A DNA stretch of 64,000 nucleotides from the sequence record MW735835.1, one strand, 5' to 3'. The position numbers were made by a program, and so were the translations under genes. The notes below the pieces were generated by a model. It worked only from the letters and a program-made list of their open reading frames with translations, searched no databases and had not been told where the DNA came from. Below, one piece after another: positions 20,509 through 29,009 of this stretch (the first letter of the stretch is position 1; each line of letters starts with the position of its first letter).

Positions 20509-20874
20509 ATGGGAGCCAAGGCGGCTATCCTGATTCACCTCTTTTCTATGGCGATGTTCATCACCTTGCTGGTGGCGTACATCATCCATGGGCTGATCTA
20601 CCCACGGGTATCTGGAACGATCCCGCTGGGCCCTCACACGGTCGACTACAAGGTCGGTCGAGTGCCGTTCTTCTCAGCACGCAAGTTCTTCGTCAAGTTG
20701 TACTACCGTTGGCAGTATGTCCCTGACTTGAACGGCTTCCTGCAAAGCAGTGCGGGTCGTGACTTGAAGTGCGAAGATAAGTCCTATTGGACACATCTCT
20801 TGGACTGCGGTCTTCTGTATCCGGCATTGTATGTTTATGTCTATGCCGGATTAGACTGGCTGCTGTTCGGATGA
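20509..20874 (+). CDS. membrane protein
   Basis: N- and C-terminal hydrophobic segments. Confidence 0.65.
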   Translation: MGAKAAILIHLFSMAMFITLLVAYIIHGLIYPRVSGTIPLGPHTVDYKVGRVPFFSARKFFVKLYYRWQYVPDLNGFLQSSAGRDLKCEDKSYWTHLLDCGLLYPALYVYVYAGLDWLLFG

Positions 20875-20880
20875 TAATAA

Positions 20881-20910
20881 GGTCGGGATAACACCCGACC
20901 CTTTATTTTT
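20881..20910 (+). terminator. intrinsic terminator
   Basis: GGTCGGG/CCCGACC stem, CTTTATTTTT tail. Confidence 0.75.
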
Positions 20911-20923
20911 GAGGGGTCCTGTC

Positions 20924-21100
20924 GTGGAAGTGTCACTCAAAGCAATCCTGTTCTTCGCAACGCTGTTCCTCATCATCTCCTTCTGTACGTTGGAGGTGAA
21001 AAGAAAAGAGTGGGTCGACATGATCCGCATCATGCAGTGTGTCTTCTTCGGGGCCATCATCTGCATGTCCTTGACCGGGCTAGACATAGCCGGTTTTTAA
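20924..21100 (+). CDS. small 2-TM membrane protein
   Basis: GTG after GAGGGG; two hydrophobic helices. Confidence 0.55.
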   Translation: MEVSLKAILFFATLFLIISFCTLEVKRKEWVDMIRIMQCVFFGAIICMSLTGLDIAGF

Positions 21101-21177
21101 GTACCTTGTGTGCATCATCTATGACAAACACTCGGGCTGAGGACACATCCTCAGCCCACTATTCCGAGGTACCGGTA

Positions 21178-21585
21178 ATGAATGCTTTTGGTATCAAGCA
21201 AGCCACTCTTCCTAAAGCTCCTGTCACCTGTGGCCGGATCATCGTCACGATGCCCACTCTGGAGCACGTGAAGGCTCTCCAGTTTCTGCTGAAGGACAAT
21301 GGCATCAGTCAGGAAGAGCCCATCCGTTACGAGGATTTCATCGCCAAGCCGAGTGATTACCCGGACAAGACCCGGTTGATCTGGCTGTTCCTCGAGAACC
21401 CGATGCAAATCTACTCAGTGATGGACCCGTTGACCATGTTCATGTGCGACGAGATCTTCGCTCTGGTTGGCAGGGCGGTCATTGTAACGCGCGACCAGTC
21501 TGGCAAACGCTGGGGCGTCAATGATGGTCCGTCGACGGAACACCTCGGTCAGTTCTGGGATGCGTTCGCTTACGTGAACCGTTAA
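21178..21585 (+). CDS. hypothetical protein
   Basis: Start ATG 21178 after GAGGT; TATG at 21120. Confidence 0.7.
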   Translation: MNAFGIKQATLPKAPVTCGRIIVTMPTLEHVKALQFLLKDNGISQEEPIRYEDFIAKPSDYPDKTRLIWLFLENPMQIYSVMDPLTMFMCDEIFALVGRAVIVTRDQSGKRWGVNDGPSTEHLGQFWDAFAYVNR

Positions 21586-21634
21586 TAAAACCATCTGTCT
21601 GATCATCTATAGACAATAATAGCAAGGGGCCACC

Positions 21635-22360
21635 ATGTACAAACGTAAAGACACGATCGCCTTGGAGGCGGTGTTGTTGGAGAAGGGCTTGGATCTAAAC
21701 ACCGAGCTGGAGATCCTGGATGCCTGCAAACCTACGGCGAAAGATCTGTACGCTTCCCTGGCTTGTGCTCGCCGCCTGTTAGGCTATGGCATTGCTGTGC
21801 CGAACGTAACCATCGAACCCCGCAACACTTTGGTCGTGATGCAAGATATCGCGCTCAAGGGCGCTGACGGGGTCCACCTGGTCGTACGGACACAGTTCGA
21901 TGAGAACCTGCACCTAGACCGCTGTGACGTCATTATCAAAGGCGTTGTGCTCAAGGATCAAGGCCCTCGGGGCGGTGAACACACCGGCTACCTGTACTCC
22001 AAAGTGGAGATCACGACACTGGTTACGGTAACGCAGCTACTCGCTACGTTCGTCACTGACCTGTTCAAGCTGGTCTTCAACAGTGAATACGAAGAGGACC
22101 TGGTCCACATGGTCCTTCTCGAGGGTGTCGAGCTGAAGCGCGATCTGCCGATCCACTTCGCCAATCACTACCATGATGTCATCCTCAAGGACCACCCGTC
22201 CGTTGATGATCCGATTGGGGGTTACCCCGACCTGATCAAAGTGGCAGCGCTGTTGTTCCATCGCAACTGTCCAGACCAGGACAGCGTGATGTTCGTTCTC
22301 GAAAAGGGCGAAGAAGACGGCCATGCGGTCCTTGCCGTTCAGGTAGAGGAAGAGGCTTAA
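21635..22360 (+). CDS. hypothetical protein
   Basis: 241 aa, AAGGGG RBS. Confidence 0.75.
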   Translation: MYKRKDTIALEAVLLEKGLDLNTELEILDACKPTAKDLYASLACARRLLGYGIAVPNVTIEPRNTLVVMQDIALKGADGVHLVVRTQFDENLHLDRCDVIIKGVVLKDQGPRGGEHTGYLYSKVEITTLVTVTQLLATFVTDLFKLVFNSEYEEDLVHMVLLEGVELKRDLPIHFANHYHDVILKDHPSVDDPIGGYPDLIKVAALLFHRNCPDQDSVMFVLEKGEEDGHAVLAVQVEEEA

Positions 22361-22425
22361 CGGCCTTGACCCAGGGGAGGATGATCTTATGACACAATCC
22401 AATAAAGTAACTTCGGGTATTGTCT

Positions 22426-22911
22426 ATGGATCGAACTCCCCTGGCGCTTTGGGCTAAGCACCTCATAAGGGCCGCCATTGACTACTTCAATGAACGCTCG
22501 ACCAAAGCCTGTCTTATCGTTGACAACACCATTCTCAAGGATGGGGTCCTGGCCGCAATGGCTCAGGAGAACAACAGCAGTGACTTCATTGTCTGTGTCG
22601 CACCGGGTTTCACCACCCAGTTAGATTTCGGAGACGCTGATCTGACCATCAGTGTGAAGTTCCACGATGCTGCCCATTCAATGGTCATCCCGTACCACGC
22701 GATTCGTGCAGTGATTGCTGCCGACAGCGGTGGTGTGCTGACCGAGAACGGCCACATTAACATCATCAGCGTCCCGCCGGTTGTGTACCCGCCTGCGTCC
22801 CGCTACCGTAATGAAGAAGAACTGGACAAGATTGCTCAGCAAGTGGTAGAGGAAGAAGTCCATGCCCAGCCCACGCAGTCTGAGCTTCAGCTAGTTGTAC
22901 GGAGATCATGA
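22426..22911 (+). CDS. divergent SspB-fold protein
   Basis: HLIRAAIDY...LIVDNT aligns to SspB YLLRAFYEW...LVVDVT; VCVAP..TQLDFGDADLTISVKF...MVIPYHAIRAVIAADSG aligns to LNIAP..GNLELANDEVRFNARF...VSVPLAAVLAIYARENG. Confidence 0.6.
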   Translation: MDRTPLALWAKHLIRAAIDYFNERSTKACLIVDNTILKDGVLAAMAQENNSSDFIVCVAPGFTTQLDFGDADLTISVKFHDAAHSMVIPYHAIRAVIAADSGGVLTENGHINIISVPPVVYPPASRYRNEEELDKIAQQVVEEEVHAQPTQSELQLVVRRS

Positions 22912-22918
22912 GGAAACA

Positions 22919-23230
22919 ATGGTCGCACAAGTCTGGAATGACACCTTCGGGAAACTTGAGTCCTTTACTCAGGAACTGGAGAGAGTCAAGTCTTACGTAG
23001 CCCTGTCCGAACTCAAGCCGCTGTGGCGGATCATGAAGTCGATTCAGTTGCGCTACCTTCCTGTGCTGGACGAGGATCTTTCTCGTCGGCTTGAGAAGAT
23101 GATTGAGAAGCTGGAGATTCAGGACGTGACGCCCACGGCCTACTCCGAAGATGCTGCTCGCACCATGTTAGGTAACCTCGGGTACTCGTGCTCCATCGAC
23201 CCAGATTCCTTCGATGAGGAAGATCGTTAA
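22919..23230 (+). CDS. hypothetical protein
   Basis: ATG 22919 after GAGG. Confidence 0.7.
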   Translation: MVAQVWNDTFGKLESFTQELERVKSYVALSELKPLWRIMKSIQLRYLPVLDEDLSRRLEKMIEKLEIQDVTPTAYSEDAARTMLGNLGYSCSIDPDSFDEEDR

Positions 23231-23276
23231 GTCCTTGTCGTCCCACCCAAGCCAACACCAGTAGTAAGGGAACACC

Positions 23277-23930
23277 ATGAAGAAAGAGAACATTCCCAAT
23301 CCGCGTACTTTCCTCGGTCACCCGATCGTGTTCGTCGACTCGTACGAGCAAGTCGGCCGGATCGTTGCCACCCAGGGTCACATTGGCGAGTTCTTCGTTA
23401 TCGGAGACAACGTCAAGAAGCCTGGCGCGGCTGTCGAAGCGATTTTCAAAGATCACTTCGTCAAGCAATTCCGCATTCGTTCTTCTGGTTCATGGAATTC
23501 CCTGTTCCGAGCCATGGCTGACGTCGACACTGCACGTGAGGATGGTACTCACTACAGTGAGGCTCGCGACCTGATGTTCGTCTCGTTGCATTCGCCCCAC
23601 GACATCAGCTCGGCACTGAACCGTCATCGCGCACTGAACAACATCACGTGCCGCGAGATGTACTGGCTCGACACCATCCACCTCGGTGAAGAAGCCGACG
23701 ACCTGGTTGACATGGCCCTCAAGACCATGCCCTCGGTCATCACCCCGGTCCGTTACTCTGACCTGACCATTGCTCAGCGTTTCGACCTGACCGCCTTCGA
23801 GTTCGCTCGTTTCATGCGACCGATCCATTGTGTGGATTCGGTGGACAACAGTTACAAGGGTGCTCCGTTCTACCCCGACCTCGTGATCAGTGGCCAGTTC
23901 AAGCTGCCTAACCGCATCACACCTGACTAA
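23277..23930 (+). CDS. hypothetical protein
   Basis: 217 aa, AAGGGA RBS. Confidence 0.75.
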   Translation: MKKENIPNPRTFLGHPIVFVDSYEQVGRIVATQGHIGEFFVIGDNVKKPGAAVEAIFKDHFVKQFRIRSSGSWNSLFRAMADVDTAREDGTHYSEARDLMFVSLHSPHDISSALNRHRALNNITCREMYWLDTIHLGEEADDLVDMALKTMPSVITPVRYSDLTIAQRFDLTAFEFARFMRPIHCVDSVDNSYKGAPFYPDLVISGQFKLPNRITPD

Positions 23931-23933
23931 TGC

Positions 23934-23965
23934 GAGGGGCTTCGGCCCCTCCTTCCTTTTCTTTT
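23934..23965 (+). terminator. intrinsic terminator
   Basis: GAGGGGC-TTCG-GCCCCTC, pyrimidine/T tail. Confidence 0.7.
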
Positions 23966-23977
23966 GAGAACACTGTT

Positions 23978-24256
23978 ATGATGACGCACTACCAACACCA
24001 GGATGATCACATCGTCATTGGTTCTGTCGCCGGTGACGAGGAAGCTCTGGCCAGCCTACTGAACAAGTTCAGTGACGCCGGTATCCAGCCCACGTTGATC
24101 AACCTGATCCATGAGGATGATCTGCACCTGATGATGGTGCACCACAAGGGCTTCGACGAAGCCACCTTGGCCGACCCGCAGAAAGCTCTGGCCAAGGTGA
24201 AAGAGATCCTCAATCCTTTCGCTGACGGCTTCACGGTCGCCCCTGAACAGCCGTAA
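23978..24256 (+). CDS. hypothetical protein
   Basis: Start moved to ATG 23978; the longer track ORF runs through the terminator. Confidence 0.7.
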   Translation: MMTHYQHQDDHIVIGSVAGDEEALASLLNKFSDAGIQPTLINLIHEDDLHLMMVHHKGFDEATLADPQKALAKVKEILNPFADGFTVAPEQP

Positions 24257-24265
24257 GGAGCCATT

Positions 24266-24298
24266 ATGTCATTCCACGAGGGTCACTACACACGCTAG
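24266..24298 (+). CDS. candidate 10-aa leader peptide MSFHEGHYTR
   Basis: TAAGGAG RBS 5 nt before ATG; the G of its TAG is the first base of a hairpin containing the downstream GGAGG. Confidence 0.5.
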   Translation: MSFHEGHYTR

Positions 24299-24330
24299 CC
24301 TCCATCATGTCGATGGAGGCGCGAAAGTGA

Positions 24331-24594
24331 GTGACCAAGATGTCTTACGACAAAGTATCCAAGCGCCTCAAGCGCCATCAGGATGCAGTGGCTGTGAATC
24401 AGCAACTGGCTATCTGCAAGTTTCACGAAGCGGTCGTGACGGAACCTTCTGGAGTCTTCCGTAAACGACATGCGCTGAACTGCGGACGGTCCAAATGCTT
24501 TCTTTGCTCCAATCCGCGGCGGCGGTTTAAAGCCATTACCTTGCCTGAACGTAGGGTAAACGAGGCGATGAAGTACGAACTGTTGTTCATCTAA
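24331..24594 (+). CDS. small basic putative Zn-binding phage protein
   Basis: HALNCGRSKCFLCSNPRR motif. Confidence 0.7.
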   Translation: MTKMSYDKVSKRLKRHQDAVAVNQQLAICKFHEAVVTEPSGVFRKRHALNCGRSKCFLCSNPRRRFKAITLPERRVNEAMKYELLFI

Positions 24595-24595
24595 A

Positions 24596-24628
24596 CATAG
24601 AGGGAGGCTTCGGCCTCCCTCTATGCCG
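24596..24628 (+). terminator. hairpin with TATGCCG tail
   Basis: Perfect 13-bp stem, TTCG loop, no U-tract. Confidence 0.7.
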
Positions 24629-24688
24629 TGACACAAGTGTTTTTGAACAAACCTGACCTATTCGATAGGTAACCAAGAGGATGCCGTC

Positions 24689-24976
24689 ATGGATTATTTT
24701 CACGTCTTTCGACAAGAAGGTCCGGTGTGCGTCTGCTTGACTCAATCACCGAACCACATCTATCAATGGGATAAATCTCGCGACTATGTGGCCAGTCATG
24801 TCATTGAGTTGCATGGTAAATGTTATCACTTGTTCATCTCGGGTGCTGAGAACATGACCATGCTTCGACAAGACAAGCACGCGGCGACTCGATTCGCTCG
24901 AGATTTCATCTGCAAAGGCAACGATGAATTTCTGGATATTGCTCGTATCCTGTTTAACCATCCGAGGAAGTTTTAA
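24689..24976 (+). CDS. hypothetical protein
   Basis: 95 aa, GAGGA RBS. Confidence 0.65.
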   Translation: MDYFHVFRQEGPVCVCLTQSPNHIYQWDKSRDYVASHVIELHGKCYHLFISGAENMTMLRQDKHAATRFARDFICKGNDEFLDIARILFNHPRKF

Positions 24977-25567
24977 GTGGCGACCAAACAACAAAAGAAA
25001 ATGAAGAAGGCGCGCAAGATGCGCGAGAAACAGATCAAAGTCTTCTGGGGTATTGGATTTCTGATCGTGCTGGCAATTGGCCTTGTCTGGGCCAAACCGA
25101 GCCATGCAGCGGTGGTCGTGTCCCGTCCGGTCATAGTGGCCAGGCCAGCGGTCACACCACCGCCACCTCGGGTATCGCCCACTCGTGTGTCCAGCACACC
25201 GACCCCCAAAGCAGCCACTGCCACCGGTGCTCACCCTACGCAACGCTATAGCTCCAGCCTGAGCGGTAGTTCGTCCTCGCCGACGTTCTTGCCGATGTAC
25301 ATCCCGATCTACCTGCCGAGTGCTTCAACTCCTGGTACGGTCGAGAAAGTCGATGTGGCCACTCCCATGTTGACCAAGTGCACGCAGGAGCAGTTCCAGC
25401 AGGCGAAGCTGTGGCAGCAGGACTGCAAGCAGCTGGAAGACATCAGTGACCGTTACTGTCCGATCCTGTCGTACTTCCGTTACTGTAAGGAGGCCCAGCC
25501 TGACGAGATCAAAGAACTCAAGCAGGCAGGTCCGAACTACAAGCACGTCTACCTGATCCCGGAGTGA
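24977..25567 (+). CDS. membrane-anchored or secreted Pro/Ser/Thr-rich protein
   Basis: Basic N-terminus, TM/signal ending SHA, low-complexity linker, four C-terminal Cys. Confidence 0.7.
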   Translation: MATKQQKKMKKARKMREKQIKVFWGIGFLIVLAIGLVWAKPSHAAVVVSRPVIVARPAVTPPPPRVSPTRVSSTPTPKAATATGAHPTQRYSSSLSGSSSSPTFLPMYIPIYLPSASTPGTVEKVDVATPMLTKCTQEQFQQAKLWQQDCKQLEDISDRYCPILSYFRYCKEAQPDEIKELKQAGPNYKHVYLIPE

Positions 25568-25570
25568 CGC

Positions 25571-25942
25571 ATGGACGAGAACGAATACCCACTCAAACAG
25601 TGGAAGTCCAACGAACTGCTCAAGGCTGCCTGCAAGCACCTCCTTGAACAGCCGGAGTACGTGGCTATGGATGTGGCTCAGCGGGACGAGATGGTCCGCT
25701 TTGCTCACGCCTTGCGTCGCAAACTCATGTTGGTCGTGGATAAGCCCGATCAGGCGGATAAAGACTTCCTCCTGCGGGGTTTCTCTAGCCTGTATGACAT
25801 CGAGATCACCACCGACGATCACCTGCGTTACGTCGTGACCATCCATGGCTATACCTTCGTCTTCATCATGGGGATTCCACTCGGTGACAATAAAATCCAT
25901 CCCGCTATGCAGATACTGTTCCCGGAAGGACGTGATAGTTGA
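25571..25942 (+). CDS. hypothetical protein
   Basis: 123 aa, GGAG RBS. Confidence 0.7.
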   Translation: MDENEYPLKQWKSNELLKAACKHLLEQPEYVAMDVAQRDEMVRFAHALRRKLMLVVDKPDQADKDFLLRGFSSLYDIEITTDDHLRYVVTIHGYTFVFIMGIPLGDNKIHPAMQILFPEGRDS

Positions 25943-25999
25943 CGGCTTCTTCCCGTATTGCATTGACTACAACCGCTGTGCCATTCACAAGGACACAAA

Positions 26000-27424
26000 T
26001 TGATGATTCCGCAGAACTTGCTCGCTCTTAACGAGAACTTCATGACCCCGACCGACGACGTGTATCACGGCCTGATCGAGGACGTGCTCACCAACGGCAA
26101 CTACAAGGGTGACCGTACCGGTACCGGCACCTTCGCCGTCGTGGGCCGTATGGCTCGTTACAACCTGATGAACGGCCGTAGCCCTCGACCGACCACCAAG
26201 GCCATGAGCGACAACCCCGAACGCGAACTGTTGTGGTTCCGCAATGGTTCGTCTTCCATCAAAGAGCTACGTGACCAGAAAATCGGCATCTGGAACAGCT
26301 GGTTGATGCCTGGCTCGGCCAAGTACCGCCCGATGACCGTGGAAGAGATGAAACCCGGTATCATCAAGCATTACAAAGAGCAGGGTTACGACGACGTCGA
26401 GTTCGCTCCATATGCTGAAGGCGATGAAGACGTCACCGGTAAGTGGTTCACCGAGACCGGCATCAATCTCAACCCGAATGAAAAGACGCCCAAGGTGCGC
26501 ACGGTAGGTTATGCTGGCACGGCTGATCTGGCTGATTTCTACGCATGGCTATTGAGCATGAAAGCTCAAGTGCTGGTCGATGGTGATATCGGTCCTGGTG
26601 GCTACGGTCCTCAATGGCGCCACTGGCAGGACACTCAGCTCATCGACGAGAGCGAACTGCCAGCATACCAAGCTCAAGGTTACCAGCACGTCATCGACGT
26701 GCGTGACAGCGAAGCCTTCTATGGCAAGGTTGTGGTACACCGTGAGATCGACCAGCTGGCCAATGCGATCAAGCTGCTCCGTGAGGACCCGAACAGTCGG
26801 CGCATCATCGTGACTGCCTGGAACCCGGCACTGACCTGGAAAGCCGCTCTGCCTCCGTGCCACCTGTACTTCCAGTTCATCTCCCACGAGCTGACCTTGG
26901 AGCAGCGTTACATCATCGCCAAGGACCGTATGCTGCTCGAGAAGTACGACATCGCTCGTCATGAACAGCAAACCGGCATGATGGACTGCGCCCTGCGCAC
27001 CTGGAACGAATACGACATCCAGATCGACCGTCGTCACAAGACCGATGAAGAACTGCATGTCGTGATGGATCAGTTGCAGATCCCTCGCCGTGGCCTGTAC
27101 GGCTTCGTTCTGCTGCGTTCCAACGACCTCGGCCTGGGACAGCCGTTCAACGTCGCTCAGTACGCCAGCCTGACTCACATGGTCGCCCAGTGTGTCGGCA
27201 TGGCTCCGCTCGAACTGGTCTGGACTGCCGTGGATGCTCACGTGTATTCCAACCACGTCGAGGCACTGCGCGAACAGCTGGAACTCGAGTCCAAGGAATG
27301 TATCCCGCGGATCGTTCTGACCAAAGGCATCACCGACATCGACGCGTTCACCATCTCCGACATCAAGATCATTGACCACGAGATGCACAAGGCGCTGTCG
27401 GACAAGATGCCAGTCGCCGTCTGA
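26000..27424 (+). CDS. thyA: thymidylate synthase with large insertions
   Basis: DRTGTGT, ELLWF, YGPQWR, SRRIIVTAWNP, LPPCH, RSNDLGLGQPFNVAQY, DAHVYSNH. Confidence 0.95.
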   Translation: MMIPQNLLALNENFMTPTDDVYHGLIEDVLTNGNYKGDRTGTGTFAVVGRMARYNLMNGRSPRPTTKAMSDNPERELLWFRNGSSSIKELRDQKIGIWNSWLMPGSAKYRPMTVEEMKPGIIKHYKEQGYDDVEFAPYAEGDEDVTGKWFTETGINLNPNEKTPKVRTVGYAGTADLADFYAWLLSMKAQVLVDGDIGPGGYGPQWRHWQDTQLIDESELPAYQAQGYQHVIDVRDSEAFYGKVVVHREIDQLANAIKLLREDPNSRRIIVTAWNPALTWKAALPPCHLYFQFISHELTLEQRYIIAKDRMLLEKYDIARHEQQTGMMDCALRTWNEYDIQIDRRHKTDEELHVVMDQLQIPRRGLYGFVLLRSNDLGLGQPFNVAQYASLTHMVAQCVGMAPLELVWTAVDAHVYSNHVEALREQLELESKECIPRIVLTKGITDIDAFTISDIKIIDHEMHKALSDKMPVAV

Positions 27425-27642
27425 TGCTTGAGACGGTAGAAAAGGATGGGGAGTACTTCTCCCCATCCGGTCTGCGCTTCAAAGTGTTGCACCTTGGCAA
27501 ACATGGCCAGGATTGTTCGTGGCCAATGGTCATCTACACCAACCTCGAACCCACCCATGATCGCCCTGCTGGCGAAATCTGGGTGATCGAGGAGACGTTG
27601 TTCATGAAGCAGTTCTCCGATCAAGTACAGGAATCTCCATGA
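27424..27642 (+). CDS. DUF1653-like protein
   Basis: Y....RFKVLHLGKH..D....VIY..L.....G.IWV.....F...F pattern. Confidence 0.55.
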   Translation: MLETVEKDGEYFSPSGLRFKVLHLGKHGQDCSWPMVIYTNLEPTHDRPAGEIWVIEETLFMKQFSDQVQESP

Positions 27643-27839
27643 ATCATACTCGCAACGCTGTCCGATTCTTCATTGTGATCTTCTGGATCATCGTGATCGG
27701 ATTGGGGTACACCGTCATTTCGCATTCCGGCAATGCGTACGCGCTTAGCTGGGCGTCTTGGTTGTTTTACGCTGTTGTAACCATCGTGGTGCTGTATATC
27801 GGCGCCGTACTCTCCTTCAAACTCTGGAACATCAAATGA
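27639..27839 (+). CDS. small 2-TM membrane protein
   Basis: Two hydrophobic helices; overlaps both neighbours. Confidence 0.7.
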   Translation: MNHTRNAVRFFIVIFWIIVIGLGYTVISHSGNAYALSWASWLFYAVVTIVVLYIGAVLSFKLWNIK

Positions 27840-28537
27840 AGAACATCTTCGCTGCTGTACTCATCATGCTCGCCATCGTTGGTTGCAGCCGTACCCCGTC
27901 GAACGTCCACGTGATCTCGACGACCAACTGCGGCGCATCGTGGGAGAAGCTCTCCGTCGGCTCCACTGTTCCCAAGCACACTGGCAACCCGTGCGGCTAC
28001 ACCGTGGCTCTGCCGAACTGGCCGATGGCCGGCGACACTCAGTTCAAGACCCAATTCTCCAAGAAGGTCCTGAGCAACGCGAAGATGTCGTACACCTACA
28101 CCATCACCGATCCGCTTCTGTTCATCAACGAAGCACGCTACCTCGGCAAGATGGGCGGCTCCCTCGAACTCTCTGCTGACAGCGTCGGCAGCCGTTACGA
28201 GATGGCTGAGAACATCATCATCGACAAGATGCTGCGTGAGGTGACGACTGAGCTGACTCGTGATCTGGACGTCGTCGATGCCAACCCGGCTGAGATCGAA
28301 GATGCGATCCTGAAGACCGCCAAGGACACCCTGGAGAAGAAAGGCATCGTCCTGAGCGATCTCGCCCTGGTCATCGAGAACGATGATCTGACTCGTCTGG
28401 CTATCGACGCCGCTACGGCGATCCGTGTGTACGAAGCTGCTGGCATCCGTTCGGTCGGCGAAAGCGTCATGACTGCTCGTGCCGGAGCTACCAAGATCCA
28501 GGTCATCACTGCCGCCGACGGCAACCCGGAACAGTAA
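27836..28537 (+). CDS. lipoprotein, SPFH/band-7-like
   Basis: Start ATG 27836; lipobox LAIVG-C; LEKKGIVLSDLAL...LAID resembles the SPFH C-region. Confidence 0.6.
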   Translation: MKNIFAAVLIMLAIVGCSRTPSNVHVISTTNCGASWEKLSVGSTVPKHTGNPCGYTVALPNWPMAGDTQFKTQFSKKVLSNAKMSYTYTITDPLLFINEARYLGKMGGSLELSADSVGSRYEMAENIIIDKMLREVTTELTRDLDVVDANPAEIEDAILKTAKDTLEKKGIVLSDLALVIENDDLTRLAIDAATAIRVYEAAGIRSVGESVMTARAGATKIQVITAADGNPEQ

Positions 28538-28568
28538 CGCTATGGTCGTGACAGGAAGACGGCCCAAC

Positions 28569-28808
28569 ATGACCCATGTCTCGGGTGCGTTCTATCTTGT
28601 TCGCACCCAGGCTGGCCTGAAGAAAGCCATCAAGCATTACTTCGACGAAGACGATGCCAAGATGGATGTGCACGGCTATCCGAAGAAGTACCCGGCGTTG
28701 ATTAGTCTCAATACCGGGTATCAGGGCTACTGGTACATCGTCGTCAAGCAAGTACATCTGAACGATCTGAAGAAGGTCCTACTGGACCAAGGTGAAATCA
28801 AGGAGTAG
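28569..28808 (+). CDS. hypothetical protein
   Basis: ATG 28569; codon bias. Confidence 0.65.
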   Translation: MTHVSGAFYLVRTQAGLKKAIKHYFDEDDAKMDVHGYPKKYPALISLNTGYQGYWYIVVKQVHLNDLKKVLLDQGEIKE

Positions 28809-28810
28809 TT

Positions 28811-28993
28811 GTGGACAAACGTACTTTCATGCTTCAGTTCATCCTGAATGCACGTCGTTCTGGCCGTGATCGGGATATCCATAGCGAACGCGATCGTAGT
28901 GAAATTGTGGATGCAGCTGAAGATCTGTGGAACAAGGTAAACGAGAAGTGTGGCCCGGTAGCTAATCCGCACACCCCTGTGCCGAGACCCTGA
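28811..28993 (+). CDS. small hypothetical protein
   Basis: GTG after AAGGAG. Confidence 0.6.
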   Translation: MDKRTFMLQFILNARRSGRDRDIHSERDRSEIVDAAEDLWNKVNEKCGPVANPHTPVPRP

Positions 28994-29009
28994 CGATAAG
29001 GAGAAAACA

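Noticed and set aside
22389-22457. 22-codon ORF after GGGGAGG overlapping the SspB-like start; possible frameshift
   Set aside because: Its ATG is part of the TATGAC promoter core seen elsewhere; no slippery site; the SspB fold is complete from 22426
26200-27100. Inteins or introns in the thyA insertions
   Set aside because: Frame continuous; no C/S...HN splice junctions or endonuclease motifs
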